DNA from: an uncultured delta proteobacterium
GTDB taxonomy: Bacteria; Myxococcota_A; Polyangia; Polyangiales; Polyangiaceae
Length of the DNA stretch: 64,000 bases
Assembly: GCA_963782055.1 (NCBI GenBank)
Contig: CAWAIF010000003.1
Span: 1,984,001 to 2,048,000 of the forward strand
Direction: 5' to 3'
Shown: in pieces, positions 46,660 to 59,295 of the stretch
How the letters are laid out: each line of letters starts with the position of its first letter
Position numbering within the stretch: position 1 is the first letter of the stretch
Position numbers and translations under genes: made by a program
The notes under the pieces: model-generated
What the model was told of the DNA's origin: nothing
Databases searched by the model: none
What the model saw: only the letters and a program-made list of their open reading frames with translations

Positions 46660-48219
46660 TCACCGCTTGCCCGTGACCGACTCCACCAGCGCGCGGTCCC
46701 CCTGGACGGCGACGCGTTGCATGTAGAATGCAAGTCCGCGGCGTCCGCCCAGCTCCTCCCCGCCGCCGGCGCGGCCCGGGCCGCCGTGCAGGAGAGAGGG
46801 CAGCACCAGTCCAGGTGGCATCGCCTGGCTGGCGATCTTGCTGGAGCCGATGGTCACGCGGCCGTGGAAGGGCGCCACGCCCAGGACGAAGTCGCGCACG
46901 AAGTCCTTGTCGTCGGAGTACAGGCTGGAGACGAGGCCGCCGCCGCCTGCGGCCACCAGCTCCGCGGCGCGCGCGGCGCTGGCGTCGTACGGCATCACCG
47001 TGGCGACCGGGCCGAAGACCTCGTGGGAGTGGACGGGATCGCCGGCGGCGGGCGTCTCGCAAACGAGCAAGGTCGGCGCGACGAAGTAGCCCTTGCCCGC
47101 CGGCGCGCCCAGGCCGTCCACCGCGCCCGCTCCGCCCAGCGCGATCGTCGCGACAGAGGCGAGCTTGCCGATGCCGTCCCGCACGTCGCGGAGCTGCTGC
47201 GCCGTCGACACCGGGCCCATGCCCACGCCCTCGCGCGACGGATCGCCCACCTTGATGGCGCCCAGTCGATCCTTCAGCAGCTCCACCACCACCGCGACCC
47301 GCGCCGCGGGCACGTACACGCGGCGGATGGCGGTGCACTTCTGGCCGGTCTTCTGCGTCATGTCGCGCACCACGTCGGCGGCGAAGAGGTTCAGCACGTC
47401 GGAGCCGTCCTCCACGTCCGGACCGAGCACCGCGGCGTTGAGGCTGTCGGCCTCCACGTTGACGTGGACGCTGTGCCCGACGACCGCCTTGCCACCCCGC
47501 AGCGTGGCGCCCGTCCAGCTCGAGCCGGTGAAGGCGAGCACGTCCTGGCCGCCGAGCAGCTCCAGCAGGTTGCCGGTACTCCCGGCGATGAAGGAGAGCG
47601 CGCCCTCCGGCAGCAGCTTCTCCTCCACGAAGACCTGCATCATGCGGAAGGCGAGCAGGGCGGTGGAGGTCGCCGGCTTGCTGATCACCGGCATCCCCGC
47701 GAGGAGCGCGCACGCGGCCTTCTCGGCCAGGCCCCACGCCGGGAAGTTGAAGGCGTTGACGTGCACCGCCACGCCGCGGCGCGGCACGTAGACGTGCGCG
47801 CCGAAGAGGCGGGGGCTGCGGCCGAGCTGCACCGCCTCGCCGTCCTCCAGCAGCGGCGCGTCGCCCAGGGTGGGCGCGAGGTCGGCGTAGTAGGCCAGCG
47901 TGCCGGAGGCGCCGTCGATGTCGAACTTGGCGTCGGAGCGGGTATTGCCCCCGTTCTGGATGGCGAGCGCGATGAGCTCGTCGCGGTGGGCGTGGATGGC
48001 GCGCGACAAGGCGCGCAGGAGCTCTCCGCGCTGGGCGAAGGAGAGCGCGCGCAGCGCGGGGCCACCGACATCGCGCGCGTGGGCGTACGCCCTGGCGAAG
48101 TCCAGGCCCTCCGTCGACGTCCGGGCGACGGGCTCCTCGGTGGCGGGGTTGACGAGCTCGACGGCCTTGCCCTTGCCCGTGAACCACTGCCCGTGCACGT
48201 ACGACGCAAGCTCGATCAT
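46660..48219 (-). CDS. boxD: 3,4-dehydroadipyl-CoA semialdehyde dehydrogenase
   Basis: [30 protein letters not shown]; PaaZ-type ALDH without MaoC domain; near boxCB. Confidence 0.85.
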   Translation of the reverse strand: MIELASYVHGQWFTGKGKAVELVNPATEEPVARTSTEGLDFARAYAHARDVGGPALRALSFAQRGELLRALSRAIHAHRDELIALAIQNGGNTRSDAKFDIDGASGTLAYYADLAPTLGDAPLLEDGEAVQLGRSPRLFGAHVYVPRRGVAVHVNAFNFPAWGLAEKAACALLAGMPVISKPATSTALLAFRMMQVFVEEKLLPEGALSFIAGSTGNLLELLGGQDVLAFTGSSWTGATLRGGKAVVGHSVHVNVEADSLNAAVLGPDVEDGSDVLNLFAADVVRDMTQKTGQKCTAIRRVYVPAARVAVVVELLKDRLGAIKVGDPSREGVGMGPVSTAQQLRDVRDGIGKLASVATIALGGAGAVDGLGAPAGKGYFVAPTLLVCETPAAGDPVHSHEVFGPVATVMPYDASAARAAELVAAGGGGLVSSLYSDDKDFVRDFVLGVAPFHGRVTIGSSKIASQAMPPGLVLPSLLHGGPGRAGGGEELGGRRGLAFYMQRVAVQGDRALVESVTGKR

Positions 48220-48477
48220 CCGGCGCGCTCCTGATGGCGGAGGGGATGCCAAGAGCGCATCCATCTCGAGCCATGCCTGGTGTTGAAGGCCCCCTCTGGT
48301 GGCAAGCCCGACGCGCAGCGGAGGGGCCCGCGTGGGGAGGGGAGGGGCGGCGCGTGCCGCCTCTCCGAGGATCGATGGCGCGGTTTGCCGCGCGAGGCAA
48401 GGGAGAAGAGGGCGGCCAGCCGGGAGGCCCGCGCCGAAAAGTTGGCTCCGGCCACGCGGGCAAGCGACAGTCGGCCG

Positions 48478-49161
48478 ATGCATCGGGGATGGTGGGTGGC
48501 TTTCGTCCTGGCCGTGGGGGCATGCTCCAGCGCCGACGCGCGCGAGCCCGACCGCAAGGCGCCGCGACCGGCAGCGAGCACCCGGCCCGTCGCCGCCGCC
48601 GTCCACGACGCCCACGCGAAGACGAGGCCGCCGGCCGCGACCACGCCGCCGCCGCGCCCGAAGCGCGTCCTTCAGTTCGGCGACTCCATGGTCGGCTACG
48701 GCCACGGCCTCTCCCGCGCCCTGAAGAAGCGCTTCCAGGCCGCCAACATCGAGTACCACTGGGACGCCTGGACCAGCGCGGGCATCCAGACCTTCGACGG
48801 CTCGGCGCGCATGAAGCGCCTGCTCGCCGCCTTCAAGCCGGATCTGGTGCTGGTCAACCTGGGGACCAACAACCTCTCCTACCCGCACCCCGAGGTCCTC
48901 GCCGGGCACATCCAATCCATCGCCAGGACCCTCGGCGCCCACGGCCGGCAGTGCGTGTGGATCGGCCCCATCCGGCCGAAGTGGAAGTGGAACCCGGCCA
49001 CCCTCGAGGTCATCCGCGACAACGTGGCGCCCTGCCGCTACTTCGACTCCACCGTCGTCGACCCCAAGCTGCAGAGCGACCACATCCACCCCACCGACCC
49101 CGGCGGGGAGGCCTGGGCGAAGGTGATCTGGCCCACGCTCGGCGTCGCCGAAGACCCTTGA
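48478..49161 (+). CDS. SGNH hydrolase lipoprotein
   Basis: Lipobox VGAC, GDS, GTNN, DHIHP. Confidence 0.82.
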   Translation: MHRGWWVAFVLAVGACSSADAREPDRKAPRPAASTRPVAAAVHDAHAKTRPPAATTPPPRPKRVLQFGDSMVGYGHGLSRALKKRFQAANIEYHWDAWTSAGIQTFDGSARMKRLLAAFKPDLVLVNLGTNNLSYPHPEVLAGHIQSIARTLGAHGRQCVWIGPIRPKWKWNPATLEVIRDNVAPCRYFDSTVVDPKLQSDHIHPTDPGGEAWAKVIWPTLGVAEDP

Positions 49162-49165
49162 CGGG

Positions 49166-49954
49166 TCAAGCGCTGTCGCCGCGCGCGACGGCCGCCACCT
49201 TCGCCGCGGCGGCGTCCAGGCCCACGCTCGAGGTGTCGATGACGTGCTCCGCCCGCGCGTAGAGCCGCTTGCGTGCACGCAGCAGCTCCTTCAGCTCCGC
49301 CATCGCCGCCGGCCGGCCCTTCATCGGCCGCCCGTCGCCCTGCGCCACCACGCGATCCCAGTGGTCCTTCGCCTCTGCCCGGAGCCACACCGTCTTGGCG
49401 CGCCTGCGCAGCATCGCGAAGGTCTCGCGGTCGGTCACGATGGAGCCGCTCGTCGCGAGCACCGCCCGGGGCCTGGCGTCCAGGAAGCGCTTGAGCGCCT
49501 GCCGCTCCACGCGACGGAAGTACGCCTCGCCGTGCATCTCGAAGATGGTGGAGAGGCTCATCCCCGCCTCCTTCGCGACCAGCGCGTCCAGCTCCACCAG
49601 CGGCACGCCGAGCCGGGCCGCCGCCCGCTCCCCCACCGCGGTCTTGCCCGCGCCGCGCAGCCCGAGCAGCGCCACCACGCCCTCCGGCGGGGGGGCGGGG
49701 GCGTTGGTGGCCTGCGCCAGCAGCTCGGAGGGCGAGGTGCCGAGCGCCTCGGCGACGTCGAGGAGCCGGGCGACCGAGATGTTGCCGACGCCGCCCTCGA
49801 GCTGCAGCAAGAAGCGCTCGCTCACGTGCGCGTCGCGGGCGAGCGCCTTGAGCGTCAGGCCGCGCTCGGTGCGTCGCGCGCGCACGGCGGCGCCGAGTCC
49901 CCGGAGGAGGGTCTCCCGGCGTGTCGTGGGCGCAGAATTATAGTGCGCAGTCAT
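49166..49954 (-). CDS. boxR: BzdR/BoxR-type regulator (XRE HTH + shikimate-kinase-like domain)
   Basis: HTH with SERFL.QLE.G.GNIS; GLRGAGKT; RVVAQGD.RPM. Confidence 0.9.
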   Translation of the reverse strand: MTAHYNSAPTTRRETLLRGLGAAVRARRTERGLTLKALARDAHVSERFLLQLEGGVGNISVARLLDVAEALGTSPSELLAQATNAPAPPPEGVVALLGLRGAGKTAVGERAAARLGVPLVELDALVAKEAGMSLSTIFEMHGEAYFRRVERQALKRFLDARPRAVLATSGSIVTDRETFAMLRRRAKTVWLRAEAKDHWDRVVAQGDGRPMKGRPAAMAELKELLRARKRLYARAEHVIDTSSVGLDAAAAKVAAVARGDSA

Positions 49955-50078
49955 CCTGACTTCGAGAACTATACTACAGACGGCGAGAGAGGGGCAGGGG
50001 AAGAAGAGGCGAGGGGAGGGAGCCCGCGCCTTGATGCAGTATAGTGCGCATGGCCCAATGTGCACGCACTATAGTACT
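49934..50078. promoter_or_regulatory. Four putative BoxR operator boxes
   Basis: Variants of TGCA-CTATAG-TGCA at 49934, 49965, 50035 and 50065. Confidence 0.65.
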
Positions 50079-50116
50079 TGCGCGAGGCGGTCCGGTTCCG
50101 TAGGCTGCTCCTTCCG

Positions 50117-53202
<3,086 letters not shown>

Positions 53203-53214
53203 GCGGGGGACCCC

Positions 53215-53976
53215 TCAGGCCACCCGCCGCCGCAGAAGACTCAGCACGAAGCACCCGGCGGCGATGAGCACCACCACCGGACCGGGCTCGCGGTGCAGCC
53301 GGGACGCCAGCGCAGCGCCCGCGGACGTGGAGATCACCGCCACCACCACCGCCACCACGAACATCCCGTTGAGTCCGCGCGCCAGCCGCCGCGCGGTCGC
53401 CGCCGGGATGATGACGAGCGAGCCCATGAGCAGCACGCCCAGGTAGCGCAGGCCGAGGGCGATCGTGAGCGCGAAGACCAGCAGGTACTGCAGGTCCAGC
53501 CGCGCCACGTCGATCCCCGCCGTCCGCGCGATCTCCGGTGACACCAGCGACAGCACCAGCTTGTGTCGCGCGCGCAGGATGAAGACGATCGTCAAGGCGG
53601 CGGCCGCCAGCCCGAGCGCCGTCTCCACCGGCGTGATCGCGCGCGACTGCCCGAAGAGCGCCTCGATGAGCTCGTGCCCGGAGGTGATCAGGCTCCCCAC
53701 GGCGAGCGCCGTGGAGAACACCACCCCGATGATCGTCTCCGTCGCGATGCGCGTACGCGTCTCCAGCGCCCAGATGAGGAAGGTGCCGAGCAGCAGCATG
53801 GCGCCCGCGCCCAGCACCGGGTGCACGTGCAGCACGATCGCCAGCCCGATGCCCGGCAGCGCGACGTGGGAGAGCGCGTCCGCCGCGAGCGTCATGCGTC
53901 GCATGAGGGCGAAGCACCCGACCATCCCGGCGGCGGCGCCGGCGCCCACCGACAGGGCGAGCTCCAGCGTGGTCAC
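53215..53976 (-). CDS. Metal ABC transporter permease (ZnuB/MntB-like)
   Basis: DALSHVALPG, LFG, IIPAATA. Confidence 0.88.
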   Translation of the reverse strand: MTTLELALSVGAGAAAGMVGCFALMRRMTLAADALSHVALPGIGLAIVLHVHPVLGAGAMLLLGTFLIWALETRTRIATETIIGVVFSTALAVGSLITSGHELIEALFGQSRAITPVETALGLAAAALTIVFILRARHKLVLSLVSPEIARTAGIDVARLDLQYLLVFALTIALGLRYLGVLLMGSLVIIPAATARRLARGLNGMFVVAVVVAVISTSAGAALASRLHREPGPVVVLIAAGCFVLSLLRRRVA

Positions 53977-54719
53977 GGGGCCTCGTGGACGTGGAGCCCC
54001 ACCGGCGCGCCGTAGAGCCGAGCCAGCATCTCCGGCGTGAGCACCGTGCGCGGGGGGCCGAAGCACACCCCGGTGCGCGCGAGGCAGAGGACGTTGGACG
54101 CGTAGCGGTACACGACGCTCAGGTCGTGGGAGATGAGCAGCAGGGTCAGCCCCCGCTCCGCCCGCAGGCGATCCACCAGCACGTTGAGCGCCTCCTGCCC
54201 GGGCTCATCCACCCCGGCGGTGGGCTCGTCGAGCAGCAGCACGTCGGGCTGGCCCAGCAGCGCGCCGGCCACCAGGAGGCGCTGGAACTGACCGCCGGAG
54301 AGCGCGCCGATGGGCCGGCGCGTCACCTCCGCATCCAGGCCCACCAGCGCGACGACGTCGTCCGCCTCCGCCCGCGAGGCGCGCGACACCTCCGCCTTCG
54401 CCTCCAGGAAGTCACCGCCGGTGATGGGCAGGTCCCGCGCGAGGTCCAGCTTCTGAGGGACGTAGCCGATCTTCACACCACGGGCCCACGTCACGCTGCC
54501 GCCGTGCGCCACGGTGCCGATGAGCGCGCGGAAGAGGACGGTCTTGCCCGACCCGTTCGGCCCGATGATCGCCAGCGCGCTGCCGCGCGTCACCTCGAAG
54601 GACAGCTCGGCCAGCACCGAGAGCGCGCCGAAATGCACCGAGAGATCGCGCACCGAGAGGACCGCGTCGCCGTGCGCTCCCCTGGATCCGGGAGGTGTGT
54701 CGCCGGTCGCCGCGCTCAC
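53973..54719 (-). CDS. Metal ABC transporter ATPase (ZnuC-like)
   Basis: GPNGSGKT, GYVPQK, LSGGQFQR, LDEPT, SHDL. Confidence 0.9.
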   Translation of the reverse strand: MSAATGDTPPGSRGAHGDAVLSVRDLSVHFGALSVLAELSFEVTRGSALAIIGPNGSGKTVLFRALIGTVAHGGSVTWARGVKIGYVPQKLDLARDLPITGGDFLEAKAEVSRASRAEADDVVALVGLDAEVTRRPIGALSGGQFQRLLVAGALLGQPDVLLLDEPTAGVDEPGQEALNVLVDRLRAERGLTLLLISHDLSVVYRYASNVLCLARTGVCFGPPRTVLTPEMLARLYGAPVGLHVHEAP

Positions 54720-55396
54720 CGGCAGGGTTGCACCTGCACGCAGGACCGGCCGACCTCCCGCCCCGAGAGGGCGATGGACCCCGTCTGCTTGGGCATCTCG
54801 GTCTTGGAGACCTGCGTGTTCTGCATGGAGAATGTCTTCATGTCGGGGGAGAAGTTGAACGGACCGAACTGTACCAGGCCGGGCCCGATGTGCAGCGGAG
54901 TCTGTCCGGGAGGCGGGGCGCCGAACTTGCCGCAGAGCGACCCCTTGCACGTCAACGTTCCGTCGGTGCGGTAGCCGCTCACCGGCGTGCTCCAGCGCAG
55001 CGTGCGCCCGCTGAGCGCGCCGCGGGCCGCGACGGAGCAGGCGTCGGGTGTCGCGCGGGTGTGCGTGTCGGTCGTGACGTCGGTGCTCCAGAAGAGCGCC
55101 TTGGCGTGGATCGTGAAGAGCTCGCGCATGTGGTACGAGACCATCGTGACCGCGCCGCCCGGCGCGCCGCCCTTGTTCTCGTAGCGCAGCACCGCGGTGC
55201 CCGGGCCGATGGGATAGATGCCATCGCCCTGGCCCATCGGGGTGTCGGTGAGCTGCAGGTTGGCCGCCAGGGTGTACCGCACCTCGATGGCGTTGCACGG
55301 CGGAGGTTGCTGCGCCGCGCTCTGCGGTGGGAGGAGCGCCACGAAGAGCGCGGAGACCACGGCGGCGGCGAGGAGGTGGGGACGCACGGCGATCAT
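54716..55396 (-). CDS. Secreted hypothetical protein
   Basis: Signal peptide, 6 Cys, beta-rich; stop overlaps the ATPase start. Confidence 0.75.
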   Translation of the reverse strand: MIAVRPHLLAAAVVSALFVALLPPQSAAQQPPPCNAIEVRYTLAANLQLTDTPMGQGDGIYPIGPGTAVLRYENKGGAPGGAVTMVSYHMRELFTIHAKALFWSTDVTTDTHTRATPDACSVAARGALSGRTLRWSTPVSGYRTDGTLTCKGSLCGKFGAPPPGQTPLHIGPGLVQFGPFNFSPDMKTFSMQNTQVSKTEMPKQTGSIALSGREVGRSCVQVQPCR

Positions 55397-55409
55397 GCCT
55401 GCACTCCGT

Positions 55410-55425
55410 TGCACGGGCGATGCCA
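55410..55425 (-). promoter_or_regulatory. sigma54 promoter
   Basis: TGGCATCGCCCGTGCA. Confidence 0.6.
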
Positions 55426-55533
55426 CGCGACGCACCGTCGCTGGGGCACGATGTTGCGCCACGTCCGCGGCGCGCCCCTTGCGCCACCGCGCAGCGCGAG
55501 CGTGCCCCCAGCCCGCGCGCCGCCCCGATCGGA

Positions 55534-56649
55534 TCACAGCCTCCGCTTCGTCGTCGCCGTGGAGACGAGCAGCATGACGACGGTGAACCCGGCCAGGAAG
55601 ACGACGTGTCGGCTCGCCGCGCCGAGATCGCCGCCGCGGAACAGCACCGCCTTGAGCGCGGCGACCGCGTGCATCTCGGGGTTCACCTTGGCGAAGTCGC
55701 GCAGCCACCAGGGGAAGCTCTGGATCGGGTACAGCGCGCCGCTCGGGAAGAAGAGGATGATGTTGAGGAAGCCGTTGACCATGCCCACCACGCGCGGGTG
55801 CCCCGCGCGTCCGAGAAGCGCCATCGTCATGGCGAGCATCCCCAGCCCGGTGAGCAGGACGACGCCGAACACCAGCCCGTAGCCCGCCGCCCCGCCGTGG
55901 ATGCGCACCCCGGTGACGAGCAAACCCACCGCGAGCACGATCGCGCTGGTCACGCAGGTGATGGTGGTGCCGCTCAGCAGCACGCCCATGTTGATGTGCC
56001 AGCGCCGCAGCGGCGTGGACAGGTAGGCCTCGTGCACGCCCAGGAAGCGGTCCATCACCATGTTGAACGCACCGGCGATGAGCGTCGCCATGAAGATGGA
56101 CATCACCACCACGCCCGGGATGAGCGAGGCGTCGTAGTCGACGCGCGGGTAGATCTCCTCCGCGCGGATCTGCGCGGGCCCGTCGTGCACCTCGAAGCGC
56201 GCGAGCGGCTTGCCGAGCGAGGGGAGCGCCGCCTGCACCGCGCCCTCCACCGCCATGGCGGCGATGGCGTTGACGTTGTCGACGAAGAGCCCGGCGGAGG
56301 CGGCGAGGCCGCGCTCCAGGTCGGAGGAGAAGTGCGGGGGCACGACGAGCAGCGCCGCGAGGTCGCCGTCGTGCAGCCGCCTCATCCCTGCCTGCACGTC
56401 CCCGGCCGGGACGACCTCCACGGTGCCCGGCCCGTGCTCCACCGCCTGCAGCGCCCCGAGGAGCTGCCGCGCCTCCGGCCCCTGGTCCTGCATCACCACG
56501 CCGAGCTTCAGCCCGGTGAGCGGGCCCTGCAGCGAGTTGCCCAGGATGAGCAGGTAGACGAGGGGCAGCGCGATGGCCGTCACGAGCACCATCGGGTTGC
56601 GCAGCATGCGCAACAGGTCGCGCTTCATCACCGCCCAGACCTTGCCCAT
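55534..56649 (-). CDS. ABC-2 type permease
   Basis: Multiple TM segments; FPSGALYP, NP motif. Confidence 0.88.
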   Translation of the reverse strand: MGKVWAVMKRDLLRMLRNPMVLVTAIALPLVYLLILGNSLQGPLTGLKLGVVMQDQGPEARQLLGALQAVEHGPGTVEVVPAGDVQAGMRRLHDGDLAALLVVPPHFSSDLERGLAASAGLFVDNVNAIAAMAVEGAVQAALPSLGKPLARFEVHDGPAQIRAEEIYPRVDYDASLIPGVVVMSIFMATLIAGAFNMVMDRFLGVHEAYLSTPLRRWHINMGVLLSGTTITCVTSAIVLAVGLLVTGVRIHGGAAGYGLVFGVVLLTGLGMLAMTMALLGRAGHPRVVGMVNGFLNIILFFPSGALYPIQSFPWWLRDFAKVNPEMHAVAALKAVLFRGGDLGAASRHVVFLAGFTVVMLLVSTATTKRRL

Positions 56650-57635
56650 CACACCACCCGGCGCCCCTGCGGCGCCCCGCGCGGCGCCGCCTCGTCGCGG
56701 AGGGACTTGCCCGTGAAGTGGATGAAGACGTCCTCCAGGCTCACCCGCTCCACGCTCGCCGAGCGGACGTTCGCGCCGTCGCCCGCGAGATCCTGCAGCA
56801 GCCGCGGCAGGAGGCCCGCGCCGTCGTCCACGCGCAGGGTGACGCTCCCGCCCTTGGCCTGCACGTCGCGCACGCCGCGGAAGGCGCGCAGGCGCTCCAG
56901 CCGCCCCGCCGGGGGCGCCTCCGCCAGGCCGATGGAGATGGTGTCGCTCCCGGGCACCTCCGCCTTGAGCTCGGCCGGCGAGCCGAGCGCGACGACCTTC
57001 CCCGCGTCGACGATGGCCACGCGATCGCACAGGGCGTCGGCCTCGTCGAGGTAGTGGGTCGTCAGCGAGACCGTCAGGGCGTCTCCGCTCCGCAGATCGC
57101 GCAGCAGGTCCCAGATGACGTGCCGGCTCTGCGGGTCGAGGCCGATGGTCGGCTCGTCGAGGAACAGCACCCTGGGCTTGTGGATGAGGCCTCGCGCGAT
57201 CTCCAGCCGCCGCCGCATCCCGCCGGAGTACGTCTTGACCAGATCCTTGCGGCGGTCCCACAGCGCCACGTGCCGCAGCAGCTCCTCGATGCGCGCGTCC
57301 CGCCGCGCCCGCGGCACGCCGAAGTACCGCGCGTAGATGTCCATGTTCTCGTAGCCGGTGAGGTCCAGGTCCGACGTGAGCGCCTGCGGCACCACGCCGA
57401 GCACCGTGCGCACGCCGTCGGGGTCGCCGCGCACGTCGATCCCCGCGATGCGCGCGTCCCCCTCGGTGATGCTGATGAGCCCCGCCAGCATCCGCACCAG
57501 CGTGGTCTTGCCCGCGCCGTTGGGGCCGAGCAGGCCGAAGAACTCCCCGGCCTCCACGCGCAGGTCGACGTGGTCGACGGCGGTCACGCCGCCGAAGCGC
57601 TTGGTCAGTCCCCGGGTCTCGATCGCCGCGGTCAT
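56649..57635 (-). CDS. ABC exporter ATPase (DrrA-like)
   Basis: GPNGAGKT, YSGGM, LDEPT, TTHY. Confidence 0.92.
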   Translation of the reverse strand: MTAAIETRGLTKRFGGVTAVDHVDLRVEAGEFFGLLGPNGAGKTTLVRMLAGLISITEGDARIAGIDVRGDPDGVRTVLGVVPQALTSDLDLTGYENMDIYARYFGVPRARRDARIEELLRHVALWDRRKDLVKTYSGGMRRRLEIARGLIHKPRVLFLDEPTIGLDPQSRHVIWDLLRDLRSGDALTVSLTTHYLDEADALCDRVAIVDAGKVVALGSPAELKAEVPGSDTISIGLAEAPPAGRLERLRAFRGVRDVQAKGGSVTLRVDDGAGLLPRLLQDLAGDGANVRSASVERVSLEDVFIHFTGKSLRDEAAPRGAPQGRRVV

Positions 57636-58660
57636 CGCTTCGCCGCGAGCGGCGCGCCGGGCGACGGCGCCTGGCCGGTCAGCTTCACGTCCGCCGTCAT
57701 CCCCGGGCGCAGCTCCCGAGGAGGCTCGTCGAAGGCGACGCGCACCATGAAGGTCCGCACGTCCGGGCGCCCGCGCTTGACGTCGCGGTTGATGGCGAAG
57801 TCGCCCTCCGCTCCCACCAGCGCGACGCGCCCGGGGAAGGTGCTCGCCCCGAGCGCCACCACGTGGATGCGCGCCGGGGCGCCGACCTGCAGGCCGCGGA
57901 ACGCGGTCTCCCCCACGTCCAGGCGCACCCACGGGCGGGAGGTGTCCTCCACCGTCACCACGGCGCTCCCGGCCGCCGCCCACTCGCCCTCCTCCAGGTT
58001 CCGGGAGACCACCGTCCCGTCGAAGGGCGCGGTGATGTGCGTCTGCGCGAGCTGCACGCGCGCCAGATCGAGCGCGGCTTGCGCCACGCGCACCCCCGCC
58101 CGCGCGTCCTTCACGCCGGCCGCCGCCACGCCCACCTTGCCCTGCGTCTGCGACCTGGCCGCCAGCAGCGCGTCGACCGAGGCCTCCGCCTCCAGCCGCC
58201 TCGCGCGGGCCGAGTCCAGGTCCGCCTGCGGGATGGAGCCGGCGGCCGCCAGCTTGTCGGTGCGCCGGAAGTCCAGGCGCGCCTCGTCGAGCGTGGCCCG
58301 CGCGCGCGCCACGTCCGCGCCGGCGCCGGTGACCGCGGGGAGGGCGACGCGGAAGCTCGCCTCCGCCTCCTCCAGCGTGCGCTGCGCGCGCTCCACGTTC
58401 GCCTCCGCCTGCGCGACCGTCGCCTCGCGCTCGCCGGAGTCGAGCCGCGCCAGCAGCTCGCCCTGCGTCACGTGGTCCCCCTCGTGAACCAGGATCGACA
58501 CCACCTTCCCGGGCGTCTGCGTGGCCACCGCCGCGACCGGCTCGTCCACGAAGCCGGAGTAGGGCAGCGCCTCCTCCGCGTGGCAGGTGAGGCAGGCCGC
58601 CGAGAGGCAGACGACGATCAGCCGCGGCGCGACGCCTGGGTGGATCTCCAGCGAGTGCAT
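57632..58660 (-). CDS. HlyD-family membrane fusion protein
   Basis: Lipoyl half-motifs, coiled coil, ITAPFDG, LRPGM. Confidence 0.88.
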   Translation of the reverse strand: MHSLEIHPGVAPRLIVVCLSAACLTCHAEEALPYSGFVDEPVAAVATQTPGKVVSILVHEGDHVTQGELLARLDSGEREATVAQAEANVERAQRTLEEAEASFRVALPAVTGAGADVARARATLDEARLDFRRTDKLAAAGSIPQADLDSARARRLEAEASVDALLAARSQTQGKVGVAAAGVKDARAGVRVAQAALDLARVQLAQTHITAPFDGTVVSRNLEEGEWAAAGSAVVTVEDTSRPWVRLDVGETAFRGLQVGAPARIHVVALGASTFPGRVALVGAEGDFAINRDVKRGRPDVRTFMVRVAFDEPPRELRPGMTADVKLTGQAPSPGAPLAAKR

Positions 58661-58671
58661 GCCACGCGACG

Positions 58672-58687
58672 AGCATCGCCCGTGCCG
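58672..58687 (-). promoter_or_regulatory. sigma54 promoter
   Basis: CGGCACGGGCGATGCT. Confidence 0.55.
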
Positions 58688-58760
58688 TCTCGCCAGCTCC
58701 GGCGCGCGCGGGGGTCGGCGGCCGCGCCTGCTGCAGCCACGCGCAATCCGCGCGCGGGTG

Positions 58761-59252
58761 TCAGCGCCCGGCGTCGCGCCTGGCGGCGGCCTTCGGCGGA
58801 GCGCCCGCGTCGGCGAGCGCGTCGGCGCAGCGGTGCTCGACGCACACGGCCTTGAACGGCTTCGGCTCGCACGCGGGGCCGGGGGCGCAGGCGAGGCGCT
58901 TGGCGTGCTGCATCGCGAAGAGGCGCGGCTTGAGGCCGGGGGGGCAGCCGGGCTGACGGAGCATCGTCGGGCCCGCGCACACGTCGTCGTGCAGGTAGTA
59001 GCCGCCGCAGTCCTGGTCCTTGTCGCAGTCCGCCGGGAGCTTCGCCACGAAGCTTTCGATCGCCTTCCGCGCCGCCTCGCAGCGCTGCGGGTCCGGCTTC
59101 GGGGCCTCGCCCGGCGGGAAGCCCATCACCACCGTGGTGGCGGGGATGGCCTCGCCGGCGTCCTCCTGGGCGGAGGACTCCGCGTCCTGCGAGTGGCAGG
59201 CGGCGAGGGCGAGGAGGCTGGCGGCGAGGGCGGCGCGGGCGTGAGGATGCAT
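58761..59252 (-). CDS. Cys-rich lipoprotein
   Basis: Lipobox LAAC. Confidence 0.75.
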   Translation of the reverse strand: MHPHARAALAASLLALAACHSQDAESSAQEDAGEAIPATTVVMGFPPGEAPKPDPQRCEAARKAIESFVAKLPADCDKDQDCGGYYLHDDVCAGPTMLRQPGCPPGLKPRLFAMQHAKRLACAPGPACEPKPFKAVCVEHRCADALADAGAPPKAAARRDAGR

Positions 59253-59295
59253 GACTCGTCAACGGTTGGCGCGCGAGGCGCCGCACGTGCTGTAG

